DNA of 63,153 nucleotides, filler included, from Bonamia ostreae (GCA_040357525.1; 48 parts of 48 records of this genome joined end to end with filler, not necessarily neighbours in it), one strand, 5' to 3'; positions 12,706 to 23,464 are shown, counted from the whole stretch's first letter. Notes: generated by a model from the sequence alone, not told the origin. Numbers and translations: made by a program.

Positions 12706-12839
12706 GAATGATTTTTATTGATTGATAAAATGAGCAAAAAGAAATTTTTGTCAAATTTTTGTCAATATTAAAAAGACGACATTTACATTATCTTTCGTCG
12801 ATTTGATTTTGAAGTTTCGAAGATTTCTTTTTTATTAAA

Positions 12840-13152
12840 AATTACAATTAAAAGCGAAAAACAAAATTGCTCAAAAAATTACAATTACAACAAAATTTTA
12901 CAATTAAAAGCGAAAAACAAAAATTGCTCAAAAAAATTACAATTTCAAAATTTTACAATTAAAAGCGAAAAACAAAAATTGCTCAAAAAATGCAATTACA
13001 AAATTTTACAATTAAAAGCGAAAAACAAAAATTGCTCAAAAAATGCAATTTCAAAATTTTACAATTAAAAGCGAAAAACAAAATTGCTCAAAAAATGCAA
13101 TTTCAAAATTTTACAATTAAAAGCGAAAAACAAAAATTGCTCAAAAAATGCA
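12840..13152 (+). repeat. Tandem repeat, 52-53 nt unit, about 6 copies
   Basis: TTTTACAATTAAAAGCGAAAAACAAAAATTGCTCAAAAAATGCAATTTCAAAA starts at 12951, 13004, 13057 and 13109, head to tail with no spacers. Confidence 0.95.
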
Positions 13153-13749
13153 NNNNNNNNNNNNNNNNNNNNNNNNNNNNNNNNNNNNNNNNNNNNTTAA
13201 TTAATTAANNNNNNNNNNNNNNNNNNNNNNNNNNNNNNNNNNNNNNNNNNNNCGTATTTTCAACATGAGATCGTCATTCTGTAACACTGAAGGCAATTGA
13301 GTAAGCTGAACTATTTTTGAAACCTGCAAGAAATAATTTAGCATGTTCTATCAATCTATATTTATTACAGAGCATCTCATCCTACACAACAGAAAGTTTC
13401 AACGAATCAGGAGTTTGTCAGTTGAAAGTCATAGCGAATTGTTTAGTTGTTGAATAAACTGAATCGAACATATTTTAAATATAGTTAATAAAATTCCGGT
13501 AATTACTTGTATTGTTTGTTGTGAATGTAATTAATACAGACGCATATATCGTTTGTAAATGTATTAACAATATACATGTAAATAATACACAATTTTCCCA
13601 GAAAGCGTCATACGAGATCGTAAGATGATAATGTCCCTACATAGATTTGGCGAGTTAACGTTTGCGATAAAGTTGAGTGGAATATACCTGCAATATAGAA
13701 ATGATTCGAGTATATTATCAATCACCTTAATGAACAAATCAACTAATCG

Positions 13750-14345
13750 AGAACGAACTTTGAAATGGCTTCCACTTTTGCCATAATATACCATACAGTT
13801 CACTTGATATGCTAAACATCGATAGCATGACCCTCTAATGTTAAATTACCTCTATACGTTTCTTATTCTTATTTGACATTGTATGCAATGCAAGCGCAGG
13901 AATTGTGATCTACAAATACAAGAACTGGATACAAAGTAACATTGAAATAAACATGAAAAACATTGTATAAATTTAACATCAATTGACATTTTGTAAATTT
14001 TATTGCGAAGAAATAACTCTATCCACGTTGTCATCATGTTCTTAAAACAAAGCAACATGAACTCCAGCATCATTAGCATTAACAATGAACTTAAATTCCT
14101 AGAAAAGTATGGGGATGAAGAAACTGAACTACTCATAATGGAAGAAATCATCCTGCAAAATGATTTGCCACAGTTCTTTTCTATTGGGTTGATAGGAGGA
14201 AACATTTCGATTCTTTTTCTGTAAATACCAGGCTTGACAAAAACATTCATGAATTCTTTCTTTTTCGAAGAAATATGAAACTTTGAAATGGCTTCCACTT
14301 GTAATATACCTTGATTTACTTTATGACCCAAATATTCCATAACAA
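13750..14345 (-). pseudogene. Degenerate Ty3/Gypsy reverse transcriptase fragments (host)
   Basis: YLGHKVNQG..VEAISKF..SSKKKEFM....PGIYRK resembles the Gypsy RT C-terminus (YLGH...KVEAI...KKEL..FLG..GYYRK); a second AKVEAISKF piece lies near 13755-13785. Confidence 0.55.
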
Positions 14346-15128
14346 AAGTAGCTTTTCACTTTAATCGAAGAACCCACACATGATTCGAAGATCAGCTATG
14401 CAGACTTCTTATTTATAAAGAAGACAATGAACCACTTGCGTAAAGCAGGTGAAAGGTGAAGATAACGAAAAGTCANNNNNNNNNNNNNNNNNNNNNNNNN
14501 NNNNNNNNNNNNNNNNNNNTTAATTAATTAANNNNNNNNNNNNNNNNNNNNNNNNNNNNNNNNNNNNNNNNNNNNCACTTGTCCATATTCTTGTATGCCC
14601 AGAGGTCTGTGTTTGCCCAAGTTTTCATTTTTATTTTGTATTCATTATATAAGTTACAAGATTGACCACTGCTCGTTTTCCTCATCTCTCATTGTTAGTG
14701 GTTTTTCACAACGATGATGTTATTTCTTTGACTTAGAACCCCAAATACAAATACTCAGTACGTGCATGTTATTTTATAATGATGAAAGACGCATTATTTT
14801 GCAACAATATATGTGCATTGAAAGATGATTGATTACTCTGTTATTCATATTTTATAAATGAGAAAGAATATGTTTTAAATACTGTATGTTTTATATGTAA
14901 TGTCACAAAGAATGCCTTTTCGGGAAGATTTTTGGGTTTTATTCTACGCATCAAGCTAAACTGACATAACACGCGGAGAACCATGTTTCCTTAACACAAA
15001 TTACAGGAGAGACACCGTAGCCACTGTCGGTAACGTCATCTGCTCAGTCCACGGACTAGAAGTCAATCATATGACACTTTTATCGTATAAACTTTAAAAT
15101 GACAGTATATGTGTTGTTAACATTTCAG

Positions 15129-15245
15129 ATGCATCAAATCAATATACTGATAGATTTTTGGGATTTTCGTTATACGTTTCAAATACAACCGATAGAACAA
15201 AAGGAAAATTGTGTTTCCNNNNNNNNNNTGAAGTAGAGGTTTACG
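15129..15245 (+). CDS. Host exon fragment, F-type lectin (fucolectin)-like domain, interrupted by an assembly gap
   Basis: TTTCAG|(D)ASNQYTDRFLGFSLYVSNTTDRTKGKLCF...EVEVY(G)|GT; RFxGFSLYVSN and EVEVYG are typical of bivalve F-lectin-like exons. Confidence 0.7.
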
Positions 15246-15897
15246 GTATATTTTGAAATTTTATAGTATTAAGATACAACTAATACATTTCTTTACTTAC
15301 TATAATATACATTTAGCACGGAAGATTTATGAATATAGCGAAGTCTTTTTTTTATTCTGAATTCATGCCAAATTTCTTTCACATACTTTGAAACATCATA
15401 TTTGAGCATTTTTTTTTATTCCGTCCATGAACGCATGCAAATGTATTCATTCATGCATGGGCAAATACAATAATTAAGGAGGGCGGTGGTACAATTGACA
15501 CGTTGGTATGATGTCAGTGGTACTATGGGTACATCCTGTCATTGTCACAATAGCATCGTACATTGTACCATCGTTACTGTATCATATTGTTCTGTATACT
15601 ATCGCCAGGAAGACATGGCAGCAAGATGATTCCATGATTTCAGCTACAATGAGTCTTTGACGTCAAATTAGAAGGGTCATGTATGTTCCCCATTTCGAAA
15701 ATTCCTCAAGAAAGTGTACATTATGCAGTAACCAAGATCATGCCGATCTCAAAATGAATATTAATTAAAGAATCCATCTTGATAGATTGATTGATTGNNN
15801 NNNNNNNNNNNNNNNNNNNNNNNNNNNNNNNNNNNNNNNNNTTAATTAATTAANNNNNNNNNNNNNNNNNNNNNNNNNNNNNNNNNNNNNNNNNNNN

Positions 15898-16509
15898 TTT
15901 TATTCAATTTTTTGCTATTTATCACACCAACATATCAAGTACCAAAGCCACAACAGCACAAAACGCAAAAAACTGCACGCCATTCTCGCCAATGAAGCTG
16001 CTTGTTTGATGTGGTGCAGAGCAATTTATGAATTCGCTCGCAAAAATAAAGCTGCCAGCGATAAAATAATGCTTTGCGGCAGAGATCTGCCTATGCTCGG
16101 GGAAACACCATTTTTTCGGGAAATGGAAGTTGATGAAGAAATCGAAACGTCTTGTAGCTTCAAAAACACACTGTTTTCTGAAAACATTTAAAGTTTGCTT
16201 CACCGAATTCACAACAGAATATATGCTTCATTGGATTACAGCGGAGACATGTTACAAAGATTGGAAGAAACAAAGATTTTCAAAAACATGTTCAACGTTG
16301 GCAACAGTTTATTTCTGTTGGAGCAGAGTGATAAGACCGTGAGACAGATAAGAGTGCTAAAGGAGAAAATGAGTTTTTTGAGGGGTAGTTTGAGAAGCAC
16401 AGATTCGAAGAAAATGTCAAGATGTGAGAAGATTGCGAATTCAATAACTACAGAGGTAAAATTGCTTAAAGAGAAGTTGCGAGTTTTGGGGAAATTTTCA
16501 AAATTATAA
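15898..16509 (+). CDS. Protist hypothetical protein, 3' part; 21-nt intron at 16173-16193
   Basis: Two ORFs in the same frame are joined by GTTTTCTGAAAACATTTAAAG, which contains the interrupting TAA. Confidence 0.65.
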
Positions 16510-16819
16510 TTTTCCTTTTGTTGCTACTTAACTTTTATTAAAAATTGGAGAATATTGAATCTCTTAAATTAAAGAAAATATCTCATCAGAGAGGCGACAT
16601 TATAAAAAATCTTTAAATTAAAAAAATATTGGCGCTTTTTTGAGCTTTAAATTTATTGATAAAAAGCCGGTTTAAACGCCGTTAATTTTGCAGTTTTTCT
16701 TGGGACGTTGAAATTTCAAAATCCCTACACAAAACTGCTGCCATTTTTTTAAAATTGCCGTGGCAATACGCAATGCATTTTTAAGTGCTCAAATTTTAGC
16801 AAAACTTAATTTTCCTAAA

Positions 16820-17119
16820 ATGAGTTCGAAATTGGCCGCAAGAGTAAACCATGAGCAACTTGTGAATTTTGTCGGCGAAAAAGTCAAAATAGTCGGAAAA
16901 ATCGTAAGCGCCTCGACGGGCAGCGCTCAGCTGGAAACTTCTGACGGGCAGAAGATCAGCATAATGGGCAGCTCACCAGAATACAGTAGTTCAATTGCAG
17001 AAATAACTGGAACTGCCGTCAATGCGAATTCCGTCAGAGAGATTTCATCGGTTTCTCTGGGCGACAATTTTGGTAAATTTATTTAATGACAGATTTGAGT
17101 GTTTACGAAGAAGCTTTAA
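16820..17119 (+). CDS. RPA3: Protist replication protein A small (14 kDa) subunit, 3'-truncated; 20-nt intron at 17073-17092
   Basis: MSSKLAARVNHEQLVNFVGEKVKIVGKI...LETSDG...AEITG; splicing gives GDNFDLSVYEEAL, the conserved RPA14 C-terminal motif. Confidence 0.9.
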
Positions 17120-17389
17120 NNNNNNNNNNNNNNNNNNNNNNNNNNNNNNNNNNNNNNNNNNNNTTAATTAATTAANNNNNNNNNNNNNNNNNNNNNNNNN
17201 NNNNNNNNNNNNNNNNNNNAAGATCCTTTAATTAGTTCGGACGAAATTTAGGTGTTATATCGGGGGTAACGACTCGCACAAAGCAGGTTGGCATCCTGTG
17301 CAGTCAAGTGATTTTAAACCGATAAATTAAAAAAAAACTGGAACACAGATTGAGGCTAGATTCCAGTAAATTTATCAAAAAAATCGAAA

Positions 17390-17902
17390 ATGGAGAACAA
17401 CAGGAAAATCGCTGATTCCTCTCCGATAGCTATTTATTCTTTCGCGTTTTGTTCCGTTCTCAAGGGACTTTTGCTGCTAAAAGTCTATAGTTCGGATAAT
17501 TTCATTAAGCTTTCGAATACTTATAGTTTGGTTTTCGGTGGTTTGACTCAATTCATTTGCGGGATTATCCAAATTCTCAAAAACAAGATTTTCACTGGAA
17601 CAGTATTTATCGGATTCGGAGTGCATTGGATATTGCAATACTTTCTCTCCAATGCCAAAGATAGAGTCTCCGAAATTGCAGACTCGACGCTATGGATGTT
17701 CTTTACACTTGTCATGTTTGTTAACTCCTTCGACAATAACTGGATATTGATCGTTATCTTGGGTATAATCGTGTTCTATTTTTTCTCAAGCATTATTATC
17801 ACCGCGGCTGGAAGCGGCTATAATTTTTTGGGAGTGTTGGCCATGGTCATCGGGATTTNNNNNNNNNNGCTTATAATTCTGAAGAAGTTTTGCCGTTACT
17901 AA
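17390..17902 (+). CDS. GPR1/FUN34/YaaH (SatP/Ady2-type) carboxylate or ammonia transporter; intronless, 3' end uncertain because of a gap
   Basis: About six hydrophobic segments; IADSSPIAIYSFA (compare ANPAPLGLxGF), FGGLTQFICGI and FTGTVFIGFGVHW match family motifs. Confidence 0.85.
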   Translation: MENNRKIADSSPIAIYSFAFCSVLKGLLLLKVYSSDNFIKLSNTYSLVFGGLTQFICGIIQILKNKIFTGTVFIGFGVHWILQYFLSNAKDRVSEIADSTLWMFFTLVMFVNSFDNNWILIVILGIIVFYFFSSIIITAAGSGYNFLGVLAMVIGIXXXXLIILKKFCRY

Positions 17903-18540
17903 AGACGAAGAGAAAGGGATTGTTCCACAAATTCGCGAGAAAAGATAAATCACTTGAAGATTTGCAATAATCTTATACTGTATAAATTGATTCAATGCAT
18001 CTCCAATTAAAATAACCGTGTAACAAAACATAAAACAATTCTTTACTAACCAATTCTTAACGAATTTGCTTCAACATTTACATTTTCGTAATTTGACACG
18101 GCTAGATTTCATAGTGCTCTGCAAACACAAATCTGAAATGTGCCGACTCTAAAACTGATTTGTCTCCAAGTCAAACTTCTCGCTTTTTTCTACACAACAC
18201 AGCTGCAAGTATCTCTCTCTTCATCGTACATTCAATAACTATACAGTTTTCAAGAACACTGCCTTTCGCTGATTTAGTAAAATTGATTCAATCTCAGAAT
18301 ATTGAAAACCAGTTGAGATGTAAAAAAGTTACTTTTATATAAATAACTTTTTTGCCAGAAAAAGTAACTTTTAAAAATAAAAGTTAACTTGATATTCTTG
18401 GAACGTTAACAATCAAAGTTTGATTAAACTTGTCTGAACTNNNNNNNNNNNNNNNNNNNNNNNNNNNNNNNNNNNNNNNNNNNNTTAATTAATTAANNNN
18501 NNNNNNNNNNNNNNNNNNNNNNNNNNNNNNNNNNNNNNNN

Positions 18541-19614
18541 AGATTTTCGAACTACAAAAGCAACAGACTCCTCCAGATCAAGCCCTCTGTCCGAAGTCCA
18601 AACTTCGCTTTTCTCTGCGTACACAACTCCAGCGCCGTTGTACGGCATTATCATATACTCCTCCAAAATCAGTTTCGTTATGTCTACTACTCTCCCGCTG
18701 AAAATCTCCTGCAAAATTTGAATAACAAACATCGGGATATTCAGGGCTCAGAACTTTGTCCCACGAAAGACGGTTCGCCAAACATCGAGTTAAAACCGGG
18801 TTGATCTAAATATTGCAAAGTCGGTCAAACGAGTTCCAATCGACTCGCGAAGGGCTGCTCGAACTCGAGATTTACAATGAAGCGAACTCTGTCCCCTTTT
18901 TCGATTCGCTCGCCGTCTTTCTTTTTCAAGACGTTTTTTTCCATGAAAAAGACGAATGGCTTGTTCTTGTCAAATATCGCGATGCTGATCCTTTTAGCAA
19001 ATTTGAGAATGGAAAACCATCCGAATCCTCTTTCGTGGCTCGAAAAAACAACTTCGCCGACCATAATTCTTCTTTTCAGGCTTTTGCAGACAATGTTGAA
19101 AGCTTCTGGTCTTTTGTTTTCCACGTTTTCGTTATTGTAATTGAACAGCACTTCTTCGCCTTTGTAGACGAGGAAGTCGTTGCTGAAAATGTCTTTGGAA
19201 GAGAAAAAAAAGTTTCTGACATTTTTGTCTTCTCTGAGACAGCCTTCGTCTGTTTTCAGGTCAAAATAGACGACGGTTCCTTTGGAAGATAGCAAATTCT
19301 TTTAATAGCTAATTGTTACCGTTTGAGAGTTAAAGACTTCTTCGTTTGTGTTCTGGGGCGTATTTACGTTTTCTTTCTTAATTTTTCGGGATGTTTTTAC
19401 AAAAAATTTTGTTTTTACAAAAAATTTAGCCCAAAAAATTACAGTTTGTTTTTGATTCGTAAAAATTTGTACGTTTTTGGACAATTTGTAAAAATTGGAA
19501 ATATTTTGTGAAAACTTTTTCTTGCAAACTTTTGGAAATAGTCCAATCAAAGTAATTTTCTGGGTTGAGATCTTCCGTCCAGGTCAAATTTTCCTCGTCA
19601 CTTTTTTCACTCAT
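18541..19614 (-). CDS. Protist protein with tandem cold-shock/OB-like domains, 3'-truncated; introns about 19378-19516, 19299-19319, 18806-18830, 18709-18730
   Basis: Repeated units KGTVVYFDLKTDEGCL...FFFSSKDI...GEEVLF, VGEVVFSSHERGFGWF...VFF...GDRVRFIV and FSGRVV...GVVYA...EESVAFVV; the frames join through 21, 25 and 22 nt GT-AG introns. Confidence 0.7.
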
Positions 19615-19729
19615 TAATTATTATAATCAGCTGAAAATGGCGGTTTTCGTAAAGCTAAATGCAAATTTATTTTATTTTTGGGCTTCGCAATATAATAATT
19701 CCAAACAAAAAGTAAAAATTTTGAGATGA

Positions 19730-19757
19730 TAGCAACTTCCAATAGATCTTATCTAGA
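19730..19757 (-). promoter_or_regulatory. Shared 28-nt upstream motif, copy 1
   Basis: TAGCAACTTCCAATAGATCTTATCTAGA is 26/28 identical to 22371-22398 and has the same orientation relative to a minus-strand ATG. Confidence 0.55.
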
Positions 19758-20199
19758 AATNNNNNNNNNNNNNNNNNNNNNNNNNNNNNNNNNNNNNNNN
19801 NNNNTTAATTAATTAANNNNNNNNNNNNNNNNNNNNNNNNNNNNNNNNNNNNNNNNNNNNGTCAACTAAGTTACCCTGAATAGATATGAAAATCTAACAG
19901 AGCAATTAATCTATGGTTGACATTTCATATCTTCAAAACCAAAGTCTGTCAGGGCTTAATAATAGCTGATACCACCTTAAAAATATTACAACTCTTAGCA
20001 TTTGTGCCATGTTTGCCAACCAAGTTCACAAAACAAACATCTTATATTAATAAAACCAACCTAAATAACCTTCTCACAAGCGTATTTGGCACCGTCTACG
20101 ACACTCTTGTTTCATACTAATCACAACTTCCCACCACTATACTTAAAACTAACTACCTGTGTTACCTGTGTTAATTGATTACACAGTGTGAGAAGCATT

Positions 20200-21079
20200 G
20201 CACGGAATTTTCCAGACACTATTCAAAAGATTGAAAAGGAAAAAACAGATTTGTCGTCATGAAACAACTATGCTGTCAATGACAAATGCATTTACATCTT
20301 AAAGAGATGCAAGTTAAATAATGCAATGAACTGCAAAATGAAGCACTATTTGTTGCACGCATTCGTCAGTCAGCGAGAACGGTTTAACGTCATAAACAAA
20401 TAGGGTCCATATATGATCACCCAAGTCGATCATTTATGACAATACAATATCAACAGGCGTTCATACGGCAAAGCCACCGATGGAATAGGTTTAAGGCTGT
20501 CGCGAGGACAGCAAGGCAAACAATTAAAAGCCATGTTATTGCAATTCACAATATAACAGTTTCTCAAATATTGAAGCGCTATGGGATTCTCTGTAGATGA
20601 CATTAGAAACGTTTACAATTTGAATCAAATCACCAATGCAATGGGGACAGCATGATATGAGCTTACCGACTTGTGCATGAACGGTATGTAGATAACTGCT
20701 TGCTTGAACGAGGCAAAATTTAGCGGAGGCAGTATAATGATTTATGGCGCAATTGACCCAAATGATCACTTCCAATTGATCATTTTCCATGGACCTCTGG
20801 CTGAAAAGTGGTATATAAACGATGTTCAGTATCCTGTGTTAGCACCATTGATGCAACAGCACAAACAAGGAAACGTATCAATTTTTCAGCAGGACAACAC
20901 GTGCACACACTGAGAGATTTACAGGGAATTTTCTTCAAGGAAATGACATTAAAGTCTTTGATTGGCCCGTCATGTACCCAAACCCTCTCCCGATAAAACA
21001 TATTGGCACGAGGTAGGTTGTGGGCAGCCGCCAGCCTCAGAATCCACAAGGACTGTAAAGAGTAAGTGGCGTCGGTGGC
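20200..21079 (+). mobile_element. Decayed Tc1/mariner transposase (host)
   Basis: FSGGSIMIYGAI...YINDVQYPVLAP...IFQQDNTCTH followed by a WP..PNPLPIKH-like segment matches the Tc1 DDE domain; multiple stops and frameshifts. Confidence 0.85.
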
Positions 21080-21179
21080 NNNNNNNNNNNNNNNNNNNNN
21101 NNNNNNNNNNNNNNNNNNNNNNNTTAATTAATTAANNNNNNNNNNNNNNNNNNNNNNNNNNNNNNNNNNNNNNNNNNNN

Positions 21180-22302
21180 TATTTATCAAAATTAAATTCT
21201 AAAAATAGCAAAAAATAGAAAATTGGACATTCCCGGTTTATCAGAAAAAAGTCCTTTCTCGTTTTGACAACAACTCAAGTAACTTTTTAGAGCCCTTTTG
21301 TCCAACAAAATTTGATCAATCAAATTTTCTTCGTCAAAATTTGACTTGTACAAAACTAACAGAGAACCGACCCAAAACGAATAACAACTGTCGACCAGTT
21401 TGTTCGTTCTCCCTTGGAATCCTCCCAGCAAAGGAACTTGTTTTGAAACAACCCATTTCTATAAAAAAATTTGACCAACTGATCACAAAATTTCAATTTT
21501 TCAAAAATCGAATAAAAACTAAAAATCGGTTTTTATCAAATTTTGTCGTTTTTTTGAGAATGCAAAGAGTTGCGAATGCGCAGAAAGAGTATCCGCCATG
21601 CGCTTCTGTGCCCGGCACTGCACCAAAACCTCCTTCGTACGTCTGACAACTGAAAGTGAACATGAAACTTTTCAATAAAATCGACGACGTTTTTCGTCAG
21701 TTCTGGAGACAAAATGTTTAACATCGAAGCGGTGGCAACAGCGCTGTAAATGCTCCGACAGTCAGATTCGCCGTTTTCGTGCATCGAAAAAGACCCGTCT
21801 TCGTTTTTCATTCTCATCAAGAATTCTTTTATTTTTCGTCTTTGATTTTGTCGCGGACTAAAACTTGTTCAAAACTCTGTTGCGAGTTTCGGTGTTGTTG
21901 ATTGCAACGACAACACAGACGGAAGCAAACGTGTTGGCGAGATCGGGCATTTGCATGTAACCACCTGAGAATGCGCCTTTTGTTGTTTCGGACAAACTTA
22001 TCGATTCCAAATATTCGATCGATCTTTTGCGAATTAATTTGTTGCGATTAAAACTTGTCAACTAAATTTTTGTGGTTGTGCAATTGGTCCAAAAAACAGA
22101 TCGAATTAACGCCCCAGAAAAGGAAACAAGGTTTACTTGATTCAACGATCATTGATTTTTTCGTCTTTGAAAGCTTCGCGGCTACGGCTCTGGCGGTTTT
22201 TTGGTTGTCCAAAGGCGTTTCGCCGTTTTGCATTAATTCTTTGTACACTTTCGAAAAGCAGTTTTTCCGATCAAACATTGTTTTAGAGCTAATATCGGAC
22301 AT
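21180..22302 (-). CDS. FNTB: Protist protein farnesyltransferase beta subunit, 3'-truncated; introns 22024-22054, 21840-21864, 21650-21668, 21459-21519
   Basis: Spliced motifs SSKPCFLFW, DGSFSMHENGESDCRS, CQTYEGGFGAVPGTEAHGGYSFC, GGFQGRTNKLVDSCYSFW and GLFSDKPG. Confidence 0.93.
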
Positions 22303-22370
22303 CTTTGTCCAATATATGAACTTAAGTTTTTAGTAAATTTTTGTAAAACAGTTTTTAATTTATGCAAAGT

Positions 22371-22398
22371 TAGCAACTTCCGATAAATCTTATCTAGA
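22371..22398 (-). promoter_or_regulatory. Shared 28-nt upstream motif, copy 2
   Basis: TAGCAACTTCCGATAAATCTTATCTAGA lies about 70 nt upstream of the FNTB ATG. Confidence 0.55.
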
Positions 22399-22498
22399 NN
22401 NNNNNNNNNNNNNNNNNNNNNNNNNNNNNNNNNNNNNNNNNNTTAATTAATTAANNNNNNNNNNNNNNNNNNNNNNNNNNNNNNNNNNNNNNNNNNNN

Positions 22499-23464
22499 AA
22501 GCCGGTTACCCAACTTTTTACGAAAAAAAATCACGAAAAAATTTGGCGATATTTGATAGAAAATCTGACCGTCTTTTTAGAAATGTGCGAACAAAGCGAT
22601 TTCGATAATTACGTTATTAACTTTCTTGCCAGGTTTTTTGTGAAACCATTAAAATTTCAGTTTGCGGATTTTATTTTTTTTTGTTATTAACGATTCTCGA
22701 TATAATTTTACAGCTTTAGTTGCAAAAATTTCAAAATGACATTATTTAGATATTTAAAAATTTAATAATGTTGTGTTTTTAATCAAATCTTATTTTCAAA
22801 TTTATTATTTAAAAATGGCGCAAGTCTTTGCAATTTGTTTCCGTCAACTAAATGCTTTCAAAATTTAAAGTTGTCTTAGCCACAGAAGCGTTATTTTGGT
22901 AACAGAAACGCTAAAAGCGCTTCAAAAAATATTGACGACTGACGCGACATTTTTGACGCTTCCAAAAGTCAAGAAAAAATTGTTACCGGTAATGATGAAA
23001 CTTCTTTTAATCCCGAAAGTAAAGAATTCGAACATTGTTAGAACTTGTGTATTGATTTGTTTGGCAAAGTTACTTCAGCATTTTTTCAGTGACAATTTGG
23101 TCAAACAAATTACAGAGATTGTAGAAAAGTCGACTAAAATCGAATTCGAACCGGATGTTGTGATGAGCGCAATATGTCTGTATGACAATGCGGTGCAGTT
23201 TTCTAATTCAAAAATAATCGCAAATGTTTTGCTTCCAAAAATATCGCCTTTGATCACTGTTTCGGGATTGATTACTAAACAAAAAAATGTTTAAATTTAC
23301 AATTTTTTTGAACAAAATTTTGCAATTCGCGATAATAAAAATAGAAAATTTACGAATTGTTGAAGATTTGCTTAAACAAGATTGAAGAAGAATATTATGA
23401 GGAAAGTACGAAAGAAGAAAATGAACATTCGTCACAAAAAGATACAATAAATTTGTTTGATTAA
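22499..23464 (+). CDS. SCYL2: Protist SCY1-like (SCYL2-type) protein, C-terminal HEAT region; last intron 23289-23344
   Basis: VKKKLLP...IVRTCVLICLAKLL...EPDVVMSAICLY...IANVLLPKISPL...KIYELLKICLNKIEEE parallels SCYL2 (VKNALIP...AVRVNSLVCLGKIL...EPAVLMGILGIY...LAGKVLPHLIPL...IKEMLNRLESE). Confidence 0.75.

Noticed and set aside
12840-13152. Possible CRISPR array
   Set aside because: The units are head to tail with no unique spacers, the context is eukaryotic and no cas genes are present.
15898-16509. Stop-codon reassignment or programmed frameshifting to explain broken protist ORFs
   Set aside because: Every interruption examined is removed by a short GT-AG intron that restores the frame, and genes end in ordinary TAA or TGA.
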